A stretch of 64,000 nt of DNA from IMG/VR virus record IMGVR_UViG_3300005541_000008, positions 13,361-77,360 of that record; one strand, given 5' to 3'. Below, one piece after another: positions 8,268-18,129 of the stretch (within the stretch, counting starts at the first letter, position 1; each line of letters begins with the position of its first letter). The notes below the pieces were generated by a model. The model worked only from the letters and a program-made list of their open reading frames with translations. It made no database searches and was not told where the DNA came from. A program made the position numbers and the translations under genes. Origin of the DNA: a virus.

Positions 8268-11200
8268 ATGCCCGACTTAAGTGACGACGAGTATAAGGAG
8301 TTAGTCGAGTCCGCTGTCACTGCGAGAGAAGTGACCTGTCCGATGTGCCGCGGGAGATGGCTGGCGTCCCTAACCGAGGAAGATATAGAAAACGGCGTTG
8401 GGTTTGAGATAGTGTGTTTTGAGTGTTTGCTGGGTGAGGTGCAAGGTGACCGAGGAGAGATGTGAGATTTGCGAGGAGTTGACGCGCAACGGACGGAAAT
8501 TTCGGGTTGCGCTAGGGGTCAACTCTGACGGAACGCTGAAGGCGAAGCACGATCACGCGATTTTGGAGTCGTTGATTGCGTCGCCGCAGCGCAAAACCCT
8601 TACGAAAGAGGAGAGGGAAGCGTTTAGGAAGTGGAAGGAGCGGGGAAGGGGGTGAGCGAAGCGTGAAGTATATAACTACAAGCGAATTTTTTCGCGGCCG
8701 CCGTAGATTTCCTTCAATGGAAAAAGCGCAGTGGGAAACGCTCGAGTACGACACCTTAGTTGACGGGATTCCGTTTGCTGCGGGTAGTAGGTTTAAGCGG
8801 TTCGAGACACTAAACTTCGGGTATGTTGTGTTTGATAGAGAAGCCAGAACGCCGGAGGGATGGATTCCGGGACGGAGAGTGTTTAGGTGGTAGGTGGAAG
8901 GAGGTGATGTTTCGTGTATATGACACCCAACATAAGATCCACGCTCACGCTCAATATCGGGATTGCAAAGGACCCGAAGTGTAGCGTGTGCGGGCGAAAA
9001 ATCCGCAACAACGAAGACTTTGGGATTACATACACAGAGCCCTGGGTGTTTTGGCATTGGAAGTGTAAGGAGGAGCGCGATGATCCAAAAACACTGCGGT
9101 GAATATCTCCGCCGGCTCAGTTCCGACAAGGAAGGCTTCGAGCTGCGCTACCACAAGTGGCAGTGTCAGATTTGTGGACGCATATTCACGCAGAAGTCTC
9201 GTGTCGAGAATGTAGAGGCTGCGCAGAGAGACCACTTGGACATGGCTTTTCAAGTAGTTCAAGGGGTTATGGATAGGGTACGCGGCGTAGTCGAGGTGCT
9301 CGAAACGACTCCGGAGCGCGACCAAAACATCAACGTTGTGGAGGAGTTTAAAGAAGTGCTTAGGGATATGACACGGCTCAAGCACAACCTCTACGGGATA
9401 CGGAAGGAGTAGCCGATGTACCTTGAGATTCCGAACGACCCTGCGAGTAGGGCGAGAGTTTTGCGTGCCGTGAATGAGGTTTTTGTTAAAAGGGGCGAAA
9501 GTCCGCTCACGCCCGAAGAAGTCGAGCATATCTTAACGGCGAAGGGCGTTGAGATTAGCGAGGCCAAAGCGGGGTTTAGAATGAAGTTTGTGTATGGAGA
9601 GGGGGAGAAGTGAGCAAGGTAGACGATATCGACTGGTCCGCACACGACGAGTTTAGTGAAAACACGTGCTATTGTAGGTGCGGCGCCGTGTTTAGGAGTC
9701 ATGTTAAGCTCATCGAGCTCGAACAACGTTGGGTCTCGGCGACACGAAAGCCGTGTTCGGGGTGCGGGTCGCGCGTTAACTGTAAGGGGATCGAGTCGGA
9801 TCCTGAGACGTTCACGATCAAGGGGAAGAAGGATGCACTCTAGGGTCGCAAAACTCCCGCAATACAAGGGCATCCCAATTCCCTTCAACGCTACCTACCG
9901 CACTGACGGGACCCCGGACTTCAAAGTGGTCAATGAAGAGAACCGTTGGAGATGTGCGAACGAGCGCCTCTGTTGGATTTGCGGAGAGCCGTTGGAGTAT
10001 TGGATTGTTTTTGTAGGAGGGCCGCGCTCGTGCGAGAATAGGCTCTTTATCGACGGTCCTATGCACGAGGAGTGTGCGTTGGACGCGGTTGAGATTTGCC
10101 CCTTCCTTGCGGGGAGGATGGATTACGCGAAGACCTTCGATCTTTCGAAGCACGACCCCGCGCTCAAACTCGAGGAGAGGGTGAGTCATCCGCCGCCAGA
10201 GAAGATTGGGCTCTATAAAACTAGGGGCTTCGAGGTCAAAACCGCACGCAACTCGTGGTTTTTCTTCGCGGGGAAGGCAAAACAGATCACGTGGGTGGAC
10301 AGAAAGTCGCAGGGGTAAGGTGCGTTTTTATAAATACGACTACTGGCCGAGTGATCCGGGAGCGCCCGTCTTCTATGTGGTTATCGTGGAGCCGTCTCTC
10401 GTAGCGCATATAAGGCGTTATAAGGGAAGGGTAGAGATCACACAAGTGCATATGGATGGCGAACTGTGTCGAGAACTTTCTGGGTGCACTTCGAGGAGAA
10501 TCAGTGAGGAGGACGTGCCGGGAGCGTTGAGACTCTGGATCGAGAGGCAGGAAAAGCAGTTAGCCGAGTTTGGTGAGTGGTGCAAGACGTTGAGAAGGAA
10601 GTACGCGAGGAAGAAAAGGGGGGCGCGACGTGGGTAAGCCGAGTTGTTTCGAGTGCGTGCACGGGGGTATCACGGGCGCAGAGCCCGAGGTCGGGATCCT
10701 CGGTCCGTATCTCGAGGAGTGTAAGGCAGCAGCGTTGACCGAGGAGATGATAGACCAGGTTGATAAGACGAGCCTAATAACTAAGGGCGTGAAGGAGTGT
10801 CTGACCGAGAAGGAGCTCGAGGGCGTTGCCTCGTTTTGCTACGAGGAGGAGTACGCGAAGCGTTGCGGGCACTTCGACCCCGTGCTCATTGAGAAGTGCG
10901 GGCAGTGCGGGAAGAGGATGCGGGTGCCGAGATTCTCGTGGGGGTTGTTTGCGGAGTATTACGGGGACATGCCGGTGTGTAGTGAGGAGTGTAAAAAGGC
11001 GTTCGAGGATGAGTGGGTAGGGGACGAGGAGGATTGAGGTGGTGGATTGTTTCGAAACCGTAATGGGGGTCTTCTTCACGATTGTTGTGTTCCGTGCGCT
11101 ATTCACGATCGTTAGGGTAGTGCACGATCTCGCACGCGAACGGAGGGAAAGGCAACGCGTGAAGTGGATTGAATCGGCAACGAAGTTCGGGGTTAAGAAG

Positions 11201-11658
11201 GAGGAGTAATATGCAAGGAGAAAAATACTACCGCGAGCTGCTCAAGAAGTATATCCGCTTGCTCGGGGTCGAAGAGGGTGTTTATTACGAAGGGGAAGTT
11301 TATGCGGGTCGCGAAGACTGTGGGGTTGCGTGGACCCGCCTAGACGTGGACGAGTTTGGAACAATCATAAGAGAGATTCGCAGGGAAGAAGAGGAGGTGC
11401 GGCTTGGCAAACGAACAAATCCCGCTTAGAGGCGCAGCACATGTCACAATACACTGTCCCGGGTGTGCGAAGACGCTCGGGGCGTATACGAGGCTCGATC
11501 CACCCCACCCGAAGAACGCACGGACGTATTTCGGGACGTTGGTGTGTACTGAGGCTAAGTGCGGCGTGATTATGACGATTACGATTAATGCGCAGCGGCC
11601 GACTGGAGAGCCGGATCTCGAGGCGGGGGAGACGGGGGGTGTTGAGGCGGGGAAGTGA
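8268..11658 (+). other. Cluster of small coupled early ORFs, many with CxxC Zn ribbons
   Basis: Overlapping start/stop ORFs, e.g. 8268-8465, 8914-9102, 9416-9613, 9610-9843, 10630-11037, 11404-11658. Confidence 0.65.
9833..10318 (+). CDS. Conserved phage hypothetical protein (Cys/His-rich)
   Basis: LCWICGEPL...DGPMHEECA...CPFL; ATG at 9833. Confidence 0.7.
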   Translation: MHSRVAKLPQYKGIPIPFNATYRTDGTPDFKVVNEENRWRCANERLCWICGEPLEYWIVFVGGPRSCENRLFIDGPMHEECALDAVEICPFLAGRMDYAKTFDLSKHDPALKLEERVSHPPPEKIGLYKTRGFEVKTARNSWFFFAGKAKQITWVDRKSQG

Positions 11659-11897
11659 GTTGCGGACTCTCGCAAGAAGTAGAAGACGCGCTCGCCCGAA
11701 TCGATTTCAACGCGATAGGCTTAATGAGTTTGGTGAACACGATGAGGAGAGTACGACACGGTAGGGCAAATACCTCGTTCAAGGCACAGCTAGTACGTGA
11801 GGACGCGGGAAGTGTGTGGCTGAAAGTTGTAATGATAGCGAGGAAGATGGAGGCCACGGCAGATCATGTTGATGGCGGCTCGGAGGTTAAGGAGTGA
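11655..11897 (+). CDS. Paralog-array mini-protein
   Basis: MSCGLSQEVEDALARI...HVDGG. Confidence 0.8.
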   Translation: MSCGLSQEVEDALARIDFNAIGLMSLVNTMRRVRHGRANTSFKAQLVREDAGSVWLKVVMIARKMEATADHVDGGSEVKE

Positions 11898-12160
11898 GTT
11901 GTGAGCCGAAGAACGTACTCGGGGCGGTTGAAGCTATCGCAGAGGACTTGCGTTTTTTGTGTGCGCGGCTACGTATGGGATTAGCGAGGAAGGAAGGCCC
12001 CTTACCTGCACTAGGCACGTGGAAGTGGATCAAGGATGACATAGGGAGCTTGCAGCGGGTTGTGGATCATACAGACGCGGGCGCTGAGACAGCACGGACG
12101 CTGTTTGCTGTGGGCCTTATTGACGACGCCGAGGGCCGAGGTGAGTACGAAGTGCGGTGA
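11894..12160 (+). CDS. Paralog-array mini-protein
   Basis: MSCEPKNVL...WKWI...HTDAG. Confidence 0.75.
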   Translation: MSCEPKNVLGAVEAIAEDLRFLCARLRMGLARKEGPLPALGTWKWIKDDIGSLQRVVDHTDAGAETARTLFAVGLIDDAEGRGEYEVR

Positions 12161-12380
12161 GAAGGATTGTAGCGCTGAAGCCGAGATTTGGACCGTGCTC
12201 GAGACAATCGACAGATCTGCTGTGTATTTGTTGGAGTACGCGAACCTCATACGGGGGGTTTCAGGGCTCGGCAAGGAAAGCAGAACGCGGGCCATGTGGA
12301 ATTGGGTGATTACTATTGTAAGGGGGCGTATGTTGTATGTAGTGAAGCACGTCGACAACAACGCAGGGGGCGAGTGGTGA
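12141..12380 (+). CDS. Paralog-array mini-protein
   Basis: GTG at 12141; MSTKCGE...WNWV...HVDNN. Confidence 0.7.
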   Translation: MSTKCGEKDCSAEAEIWTVLETIDRSAVYLLEYANLIRGVSGLGKESRTRAMWNWVITIVRGRMLYVVKHVDNNAGGEW

Positions 12381-12610
12381 GTTGCGGTAAAGCGCAGGAG
12401 TTAGAGGTTGTTGTCAAGCTTATCGCGTGGAGCGTGGAGGGCTTTCCTCCTATGATCGCGGATATGAGAATTATCCCTTATAAGGGGCCTGCACCTTACA
12501 CGGGCGTCGACAAAGCGCGGGTGTATTGTGATATAGACAACGCGTGGATACGGATCAGGATTGCGACGCAGAGGCTGTTATCGCTGGTCGAGCACGTGGA
12601 TGAGGTCTAG
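12377..12610 (+). CDS. Paralog-array mini-protein
   Basis: GTG at 12377; MSCGKAQELE...HVDEV. Confidence 0.75.
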   Translation: MSCGKAQELEVVVKLIAWSVEGFPPMIADMRIIPYKGPAPYTGVDKARVYCDIDNAWIRIRIATQRLLSLVEHVDEV

Positions 12611-12733
12611 AGGAGATGAAACCATGAAGGGAGTCTTTCTGGTGTTGATCATAACTTCTGTGCTTCTGCTTGTAAGAGCGCTTTTTTTGAGACGCAGGTA
12701 GATTTTGCTGAGACGAGACGACGGGGAAGGGAA

Positions 12734-12979
12734 ATGAGTTGCGGACACATAGACGTAGAGTCGATGCTCAGCCACCTTACTGGTTTTGTTATGGGCGTGC
12801 GGATCGACGTGCGGAGGGCGAGGGACGGGAAATTGAGTCCTTACCCTAGCCGTAAGTGGTATTGGAACGACATCAGCTCGGCCGAAGCGTGGGGACGTAT
12901 TGTGATCTCGGTAGAGAGTATTAACAAGACGCTCGAGCACGTGGATGGTGATGAGGATGGACCCGAAGGATGTGCTTGA
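12734..12979 (+). CDS. Paralog-array mini-protein
   Basis: MSCGHIDVE...WGRI...HVDGD. Confidence 0.75.
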   Translation: MSCGHIDVESMLSHLTGFVMGVRIDVRRARDGKLSPYPSRKWYWNDISSAEAWGRIVISVESINKTLEHVDGDEDGPEGCA

Positions 12980-13133
12980 TACAATAGGGGGCATCGCGGA
13001 GGGCTTATGTTTTGTGTGTGGTGAGATGCGCTCGGGGCTGAATAAGGGAAAGGCCCTACTTGTGTGGGGTTTGATTCGGAGCGATAACGAGCACTTGCAA
13101 GATGTTGTGCAGCGTTTCGAGCGAGGGGATTAG
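12945..13133 (+). CDS. Paralog-array mini-protein (closest to 11894-12160)
   Basis: DPKDVLDTIGGIAEGLCFVCGEMRSGL aligns with EPKNVLGAVEAIAEDLRFLCARLRMGL. Confidence 0.65.
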   Translation: MVMRMDPKDVLDTIGGIAEGLCFVCGEMRSGLNKGKALLVWGLIRSDNEHLQDVVQRFERGD

Positions 13134-13135
13134 GG

Positions 13136-13336
13136 ATGGAGCCCGAGTTTGTTTATGAGGTAGAGGTAGCGCTCGATGTGGTGGATCATTCTACGGGGTG
13201 GTTAGTCGCGTATGCGGAGGAAGTGCGTACGGGAAAGGTCTGGATGAAACCGAGTCTTTGGTTGGAGATAGTGCGGGAAGCGGAGAGGATGATGTTTGTC
13301 GTGACGCATGTTGAGGACGGCGGCGCAGGGAAATGA
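13136..13336 (+). CDS. Paralog-array mini-protein
   Basis: EVEVALDVV...WLEI...HVEDGGAGK. Confidence 0.75.
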   Translation: MEPEFVYEVEVALDVVDHSTGWLVAYAEEVRTGKVWMKPSLWLEIVREAERMMFVVTHVEDGGAGK

Positions 13337-13563
13337 GTTGTAACCTACCACACGAAATTGAAGACGCGCTTGCACGGATTAGGTTTAGCGCGATGGGTTT
13401 GAGAGGTTTGTTGAACTCGGTACGGAGAGTGCGGGATCGTGGAGCGGAAACTCCGTCCAAGGCGTTGTTAAGGCGTAAACACGCGTGGTTGAGTATTAGA
13501 GCGGTGGCGGGGAGCCTGGAAGACGTGATAAACCACGTTGAAGACGGCGGGGGCGGGAAGTGA
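13333..13563 (+). CDS. Paralog-array mini-protein (closest to 11655-11897)
   Basis: MSCNLPHEIEDALARIRFSAMGL...HVEDGGGGK. Confidence 0.8.
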   Translation: MSCNLPHEIEDALARIRFSAMGLRGLLNSVRRVRDRGAETPSKALLRRKHAWLSIRAVAGSLEDVINHVEDGGGGK

Positions 13564-13772
13564 GTTGCGGCCACGGATGGGAGCTAAAAGAGGCGGTCAA
13601 CATAATTGAAGGAGGCGCCGCGCTAATCTCGCTCCACGCGCGGAGGGTTTTGAGATACACACACCAGGTTGATTATCGAGTGAATAGGGACCGTCGACAT
13701 TGGAGCGAGATCGTGTCAATGGCTCGGACGTTGGATAGAATTACGAGGCATATAGAGGGGGAAGAGGGGTGA
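13560..13772 (+). CDS. Paralog-array mini-protein
   Basis: MSCGHGWELKEAV...HWSEIVSMARTLDRI. Confidence 0.8.
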   Translation: MSCGHGWELKEAVNIIEGGAALISLHARRVLRYTHQVDYRVNRDRRHWSEIVSMARTLDRITRHIEGEEG

Positions 13773-13999
13773 GTTGTGACACACCTCGATGGGAATTAGA
13801 AGAGGCGCTCTTTATGATCGATAAGGGCGGCGCCCTAATTTCGCGCTGCGCACGAAGTATTTCGAGAGACAGGGACCGAGTTGATTGGTGGCGTGATGAG
13901 AACCGCACCCGCCAGCACTGGGGGGAGATCGCGTCGATGGCCCGGACGCTGGATAGAGTTGCAGGACATGTAGACGACGGGAAAGGGGAAGGAGGGTGA
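13769..13999 (+). CDS. Paralog-array mini-protein
   Basis: MSCDTPRWELEEAL...HWGEIASMARTLDRV. Confidence 0.8.
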   Translation: MSCDTPRWELEEALFMIDKGGALISRCARSISRDRDRVDWWRDENRTRQHWGEIASMARTLDRVAGHVDDGKGEGG

Positions 14000-14202
14000 G
14001 TTGTGGGGAGAATCTTGAGACGGAGTTCGTGATTAAGACGTTTATAGACTACTCACAAGCGCTCCAGTCTTTAGTGCGCAATATGCGGGCATCGACGCCG
14101 TACTGGAATATGGCGTTTTGGAAGGACGTGAAGTTTCACACTAGAAATCTAACGGCGATTATGGATCATTTGGACGGGGAAGGGAAAGGGAAAGGGAAGT
14201 GA
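13996..14202 (+). CDS. Paralog-array mini-protein
   Basis: MSCGENLETEF...FWKDVK...HLDGEG. Confidence 0.8.
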   Translation: MSCGENLETEFVIKTFIDYSQALQSLVRNMRASTPYWNMAFWKDVKFHTRNLTAIMDHLDGEGKGKGK

Positions 14203-14621
14203 GTTGCGGGGAAGGGCTTAAGACGGAATTCGTGCTTGGGGCGTTTGAAAAGTACCCACAGGAGCTTCAGGTCTCGGTGCACAATATACGTGTGCCGACG
14301 CCGTCGTATTGGAAAGAGATCGTATTTTGGAAGGACATAAAGTATAATATAAGGCACCTAGCACTAGTCATAAACCACTTAGACGAGGAAGGAGGGGCGG
14401 AAGTGAGCTGCGACACAAAACTCGAGGTGAACGCTGCGCTTGATGAGATCGAGCAGATTGCGAAGGATCTCCAGGCGCTGGTTGTTGAGATGAGAAATTA
14501 TAAGTCGCTCGAGAAGACGCAGGCGACGTGGGATGAGATTAAGAAGAAGGTGAAGAGGCTTAATTGGGTGATTGCGCATGTGGACGATGCGGCGATCCGG
14601 AGGCATTGTGAGAGGGCTTGA
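14199..14621 (+). CDS. Paralog-array protein made of two in-frame units
   Basis: MSCGEGLKTEF...HLDEEGGAE continues directly into VSCDTKLEVNAAL...HVDD. Confidence 0.75.
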   Translation: MSCGEGLKTEFVLGAFEKYPQELQVSVHNIRVPTPSYWKEIVFWKDIKYNIRHLALVINHLDEEGGAEVSCDTKLEVNAALDEIEQIAKDLQALVVEMRNYKSLEKTQATWDEIKKKVKRLNWVIAHVDDAAIRRHCERA

Positions 14622-14814
14622 GCTGGATCAGGCGCTCCGTGATGTTGACGGCGGCGCATGGAGCTTGTTGCGGATTTTGGCGGATGACCGTGCTGTTAGG
14701 GGCATGTGGATAGATGAGCAGATGTGGAATGGCCTGAAAGCGCAGGCGGAATTTATGCTAGAGTCTGTAGAAATGGTGGACGGATGGGAGAGTACGAGAT
14801 GGATGACGCGCTAG
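14608..14814 (+). CDS. Paralog-array mini-protein (diverged)
   Basis: GGAGG + GTG at 14608; LELDQALRDV...WNGL...VDG. Confidence 0.65.
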   Translation: MRGLELDQALRDVDGGAWSLLRILADDRAVRGMWIDEQMWNGLKAQAEFMLESVEMVDGWESTRWMTR

Positions 14815-15026
14815 TTGAGTTGCGCCACGTGTTGGAGTATGTGTATGGAAGTGCGGAGAGTATGTTATGGCTCTTAGGAAGCTCTCCCCGTATTGGGGGC
14901 ACCTATGTTAGGAGCACCTATACTGGGCGCGGGCAGTGGGGCGGACGGCTAGACGTGCTCTCGTGGAAGCTATTGGTGAGAGAAGTAGAGCTCATGAAAG
15001 CGCGTGTCGACACGGTAGAGGGATGA
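14784..15026 (+). CDS. Paralog-array mini-protein (diverged)
   Basis: MGEYEMDDAL...WKLL...VEG. Confidence 0.6.
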   Translation: MGEYEMDDALVELRHVLEYVYGSAESMLWLLGSSPRIGGTYVRSTYTGRGQWGGRLDVLSWKLLVREVELMKARVDTVEG

Positions 15027-15229
15027 AGGAGCTCGAGGTGGGGGTGGCGTTATTGCGTATCCACGAGCATGCGCAGATTATGAAACACGTTGTATCAAAT
15101 CGGCGCAGCTACCCATCAGAGTTTCCTCTGCGGTGGACATTAGAAAGGCTCCTAGAAGAGATAACCCTTCTGCAGCTTACCATGGAAAGGGTGGATGATG
15201 AGAATACGTCTGGGAGCGTCCTGGGGTAG
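15023..15229 (+). CDS. Paralog-array mini-protein
   Basis: MKELEVGVALLRI...MERVDD. Confidence 0.7.
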   Translation: MKELEVGVALLRIHEHAQIMKHVVSNRRSYPSEFPLRWTLERLLEEITLLQLTMERVDDENTSGSVLG

Positions 15230-15236
15230 CGAGGGA

Positions 15237-15431
15237 ATGAAGGAGCTCGAGGTAGGGGATGCTCTAGAGTACATCAACGAACAGGCGCGGATTATAAAGT
15301 ATATCACGCTGGAAAACCGCCGCGTGTCGGTGCTTTCCATGCAGTACACGTGGAGTAGACTCGCAGGTGCAGGGGGCTTTTTGCAGTTTGTTATGGAAAG
15401 GGTAGATGGCACGGAAGCGACAAAGACTTGA
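15237..15431 (+). CDS. Paralog-array mini-protein
   Basis: MKELEVGDALEYI...MERVDG. Confidence 0.7.
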   Translation: MKELEVGDALEYINEQARIIKYITLENRRVSVLSMQYTWSRLAGAGGFLQFVMERVDGTEATKT

Positions 15432-15612
15432 GATCCTAGATATAGAAGAAGCGCTCCCAGCCGTTTACATGCGGCTTTCTGCTCTGAAGACGCTCGTAGA
15501 GAAGGCGAGACGCTACAAATCGCGCGCGAAAATGCGGGAGGTGATGGGGGAGATCGCGTACGAAGGGGAGCGCATGCGGGATTTTGTGGAGTGTGTGCGG
15601 GATGATGTATAG
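15406..15612 (+). CDS. Paralog-array mini-protein (diverged)
   Basis: LDIEEALPAV...RRY...VECVRDDV. Confidence 0.6.
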   Translation: MARKRQRLEILDIEEALPAVYMRLSALKTLVEKARRYKSRAKMREVMGEIAYEGERMRDFVECVRDDV

Positions 15613-15639
15613 ATAGCTAACACGGGAAGGAGGTGTCGA

Positions 15640-15993
15640 GTGTCAATAAAAGACATCCAAGAAATAGGGGTAGTAACCGACGAACCCGAGTTTGGGGACT
15701 CGTGGCAGGAAATAGTCAGGGAGATCGAAAGGACAGATAAAGTGCCATTCCACGGTGCTTTCTACGCCAGCTACGGAGAGGGCGACACTACTTTTGCTCT
15801 CCTTGAGTTTTCAGAACAAGGTAGCGCAGAGGCCCTGTTTGTTGTAGGTCAGGGAGAGGCGTTAAGGCCTTATATAGAGCATTACAAGGGCTCGAGCGAT
15901 TCGGCCGCTTTAAGGGCCTTTTTCAACGCTATACAAGGCAAAGATAGGTTGACAAAGGAGTTCAAGAAGTGGACGAAGGAAGGGGGCCGTTAG
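15640..15993 (+). CDS. Hypothetical protein
   Basis: AGGAGGT RBS; unrelated to the flanking paralogs. Confidence 0.65.
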   Translation: MSIKDIQEIGVVTDEPEFGDSWQEIVREIERTDKVPFHGAFYASYGEGDTTFALLEFSEQGSAEALFVVGQGEALRPYIEHYKGSSDSAALRAFFNAIQGKDRLTKEFKKWTKEGGR

Positions 15994-16259
15994 CTCTACC
16001 TCGTAAAGTACCGGATCCGCGTGTGATGCAAGGAAACGGATTTCGCTACCCCGAGACTGTTAAGGATCTCGAGGTGTTGGATGCGCTCGAGAGGATTGAA
16101 GGGCGTGTGGAGGAATTGGTGCGTTGCGTGAAGGACGGAAGGCGGTATCGGACGGAGATGATGCTTTGGATTATACGGGATCGCCTTTGGGAAGAGGGGG
16201 CAAGGTTGCGGAGGGTTGTGAATAGGGTGGACGATGGGGGAATAGCGTATGACGGTTGA
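15969..16259 (+). CDS. Paralog-array mini-protein (last unit; true start probably downstream)
   Basis: KDLEVLDALERI...RRY...VVNRVDDG. Confidence 0.65.
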   Translation: MDEGRGPLALPRKVPDPRVMQGNGFRYPETVKDLEVLDALERIEGRVEELVRCVKDGRRYRTEMMLWIIRDRLWEEGARLRRVVNRVDDGGIAYDG

Positions 16260-16647
16260 TGAGATTAACCAGGGCGTTGCGAAGTGGATAGAGCCTGAAC
16301 CGCCGAAGATGCGCGAAGATGCTGATGTGCTCCTCGCGGAAGGGCGGACGATCGAGTCGCCGGGCGGGGGTTGGGAAGCAGCGTGGAGAGGGTTTGAACC
16401 GGATTGGGTGCCCGCACCGTTTGCGACGGATATTAGGGCCGCGTGGAAAGTGATCGAGAAGCTCCGGAACAGCGGGAAGTGGTGTTGCGTTGAGGTCGCG
16501 TCTGACTACCACTACACGTATATTGTGAACCTTAGAAAGACGGAAGATCCCGAGCACAAGCCCGACATACACGTCGACGCGGACACAGCGCCTATGGCAA
16601 TATGTCTCGCAGCGCTAAAGGTCGCAGAACTCGAGGCTGAGAGGTGA
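16249..16647 (+). CDS. Phage ABA sandwich domain-like protein
   Basis: PFATDIRAAWKVIEKL...ADTAPMAICLAALK. Confidence 0.75.
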   Translation: MTVDEINQGVAKWIEPEPPKMREDADVLLAEGRTIESPGGGWEAAWRGFEPDWVPAPFATDIRAAWKVIEKLRNSGKWCCVEVASDYHYTYIVNLRKTEDPEHKPDIHVDADTAPMAICLAALKVAELEAER

Positions 16648-16672
16648 GGTCCACATACGAAGCACTTTTCCC

Positions 16673-16701
16673 TTGCTTTTGATAACCCGTTGATATATAA
16701 T
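16673..16701 (+). promoter_or_regulatory. sigma70-type promoter
   Basis: TTGCTT-17 nt-TATAAT. Confidence 0.75.
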
Positions 16702-16753
16702 AGAAGTGTTATCGAACAAAGCGCTTCGTGCGCGGAAAGGGGGTGATGTGTAG

Positions 16754-17053
16754 GTGTATAGACAGGGCGATGTGCTAGTAACCCGGTTTGACGGAAAGCT
16801 TCCGAAGAGCGTTGTGCGCAAGGAAAATTGCGTGCTTGCCCTCGGAGAGGTCACGGGTCACTCGCATCAAATCAAAGAAGGGGCGGTTATGTACGAGGAC
16901 GTCGATGGAACGAAGTACGTCGAAGTGCTCGGCGAGACCGCTGATCTCGTTCACGAGGAGCATGGTACCATCTCGCTCCCAGGCCCGGACGTGTATCGCG
17001 TAACGCAACAGCGCGAGTACACTCCGGAGGAAGCAAGGAGGGTAGCAGATTGA
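16754..17053 (+). CDS. Conserved His-rich small protein, usual partner of DUF6745 proteins
   Basis: MYRQGDVL...LALGEVTGHSH...LVHEEH...QREYTP. Confidence 0.8.
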   Translation: MYRQGDVLVTRFDGKLPKSVVRKENCVLALGEVTGHSHQIKEGAVMYEDVDGTKYVEVLGETADLVHEEHGTISLPGPDVYRVTQQREYTPEEARRVAD

Positions 17054-18129
17054 GCATCGCGGAGGATAGTCTCAATCGCCTAGTCGAGAAGTGGACTGCG
17101 ATTGAGCGCTGTACAGAACCCGCGGACCGAGCTCAGGCTGAAGCTACCATTGTTGGCATGTATGAGGAGACGGGTTTAGGCCCGTCTCCCAACATGCACT
17201 GGGTAGCTAGTCCGTGGGAAGGAATGGAAATGGCTGCGTATATTAAGCAGCGGGATTATCGCGTTGGCACGGCCGTCTGGAGGTTTGCGGTTGACGCGAT
17301 CCTTAGGTATCCTGAGAAGGCGAATACGAGGAATGTGTTAGGGCTGAGCGAGAGCGCGGTGCAGAGTGCAATCGCGAGCTTCCCTGGGGGCATTACGGAG
17401 CTTGTGAGGAGGGAAGTGCAGAAGGATCAGCCTATGCACAAGAGCGGTGTTGTGGGGAGGGCGAGAGCCGGGTCGCTTGACGCGAGCGAGGCGCTACGCG
17501 CTGAGATGTACGAAATGCAAGGGGTTGATATCGGGGGCATGAAGTGGTTGAAGCTCATGGCCGAGTATTGCGGGTTTTGGTGGATCTTTAAAGGGGACGC
17601 GGTGTTGTGTGAGAGACCCACGGCTGTGTGTTTTGAGACACCGACCCCGAGGAATGATGAAGAGCGTCAGCTTGCAGCGCGGGGGAGGTTGAGAAGGCGG
17701 TTGCACAGTGGCGCGGGACCTGCGATTGGGTGGAGCGATGGAACGGGGATCTATGCTTGGAGGGGGGTGTTGGTTGCGGAGAACGTGATCACGAAGCCTA
17801 ACGAGATGGATCCGCAGGCGATTATCACGACACCGAACATGGAACAGAGGCGCGTGATGATGGAGCGCTACGGCTACGATCGACTGTTCTCGAAGCTCGC
17901 ACATAAGGTGCTCGATGAGGATGTGGACGGAGGGGGGCAGAAGAGAAAGCTCCTCCGGATCCAGGTGAGTGGAGATGAGGACCTCGTGGTCGTGAAGGTG
18001 TCGTGTCCGTCGACGGGGAGTGTGTATTTCCTTAGGGTGCCGCCGGATACGAGGAAGTGCGCGCAGGGCATTGCGTGGACCTGGGGGATCGCGAGTATTA
18101 AGGATTATAAGCCGTTAAAGGAGACGTGA
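17050..18129 (+). CDS. DUF6745-like domain protein
   Basis: LHSGAGPAIGWSDGTGIYAWRGV, NMEQRRVMMERYG, CPSTGSVYFLRVPP, IAWTWG. Confidence 0.8.
   Translation: MSIAEDSLNRLVEKWTAIERCTEPADRAQAEATIVGMYEETGLGPSPNMHWVASPWEGMEMAAYIKQRDYRVGTAVWRFAVDAILRYPEKANTRNVLGLSESAVQSAIASFPGGITELVRREVQKDQPMHKSGVVGRARAGSLDASEALRAEMYEMQGVDIGGMKWLKLMAEYCGFWWIFKGDAVLCERPTAVCFETPTPRNDEERQLAARGRLRRRLHSGAGPAIGWSDGTGIYAWRGVLVAENVITKPNEMDPQAIITTPNMEQRRVMMERYGYDRLFSKLAHKVLDEDVDGGGQKRKLLRIQVSGDEDLVVVKVSCPSTGSVYFLRVPPDTRKCAQGIAWTWGIASIKDYKPLKET

Larger units (their letters stand above)
11655..16259 (+). repeat. Tandem array of about 19 paralogous helical mini-protein genes
   Basis: Shared pattern MSC...E..AL..I...W..I......L..V..HV(D/E)DG; junctions typically ...AAGTGAGTTG... 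where TGA overlaps GTG. Confidence 0.85.
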
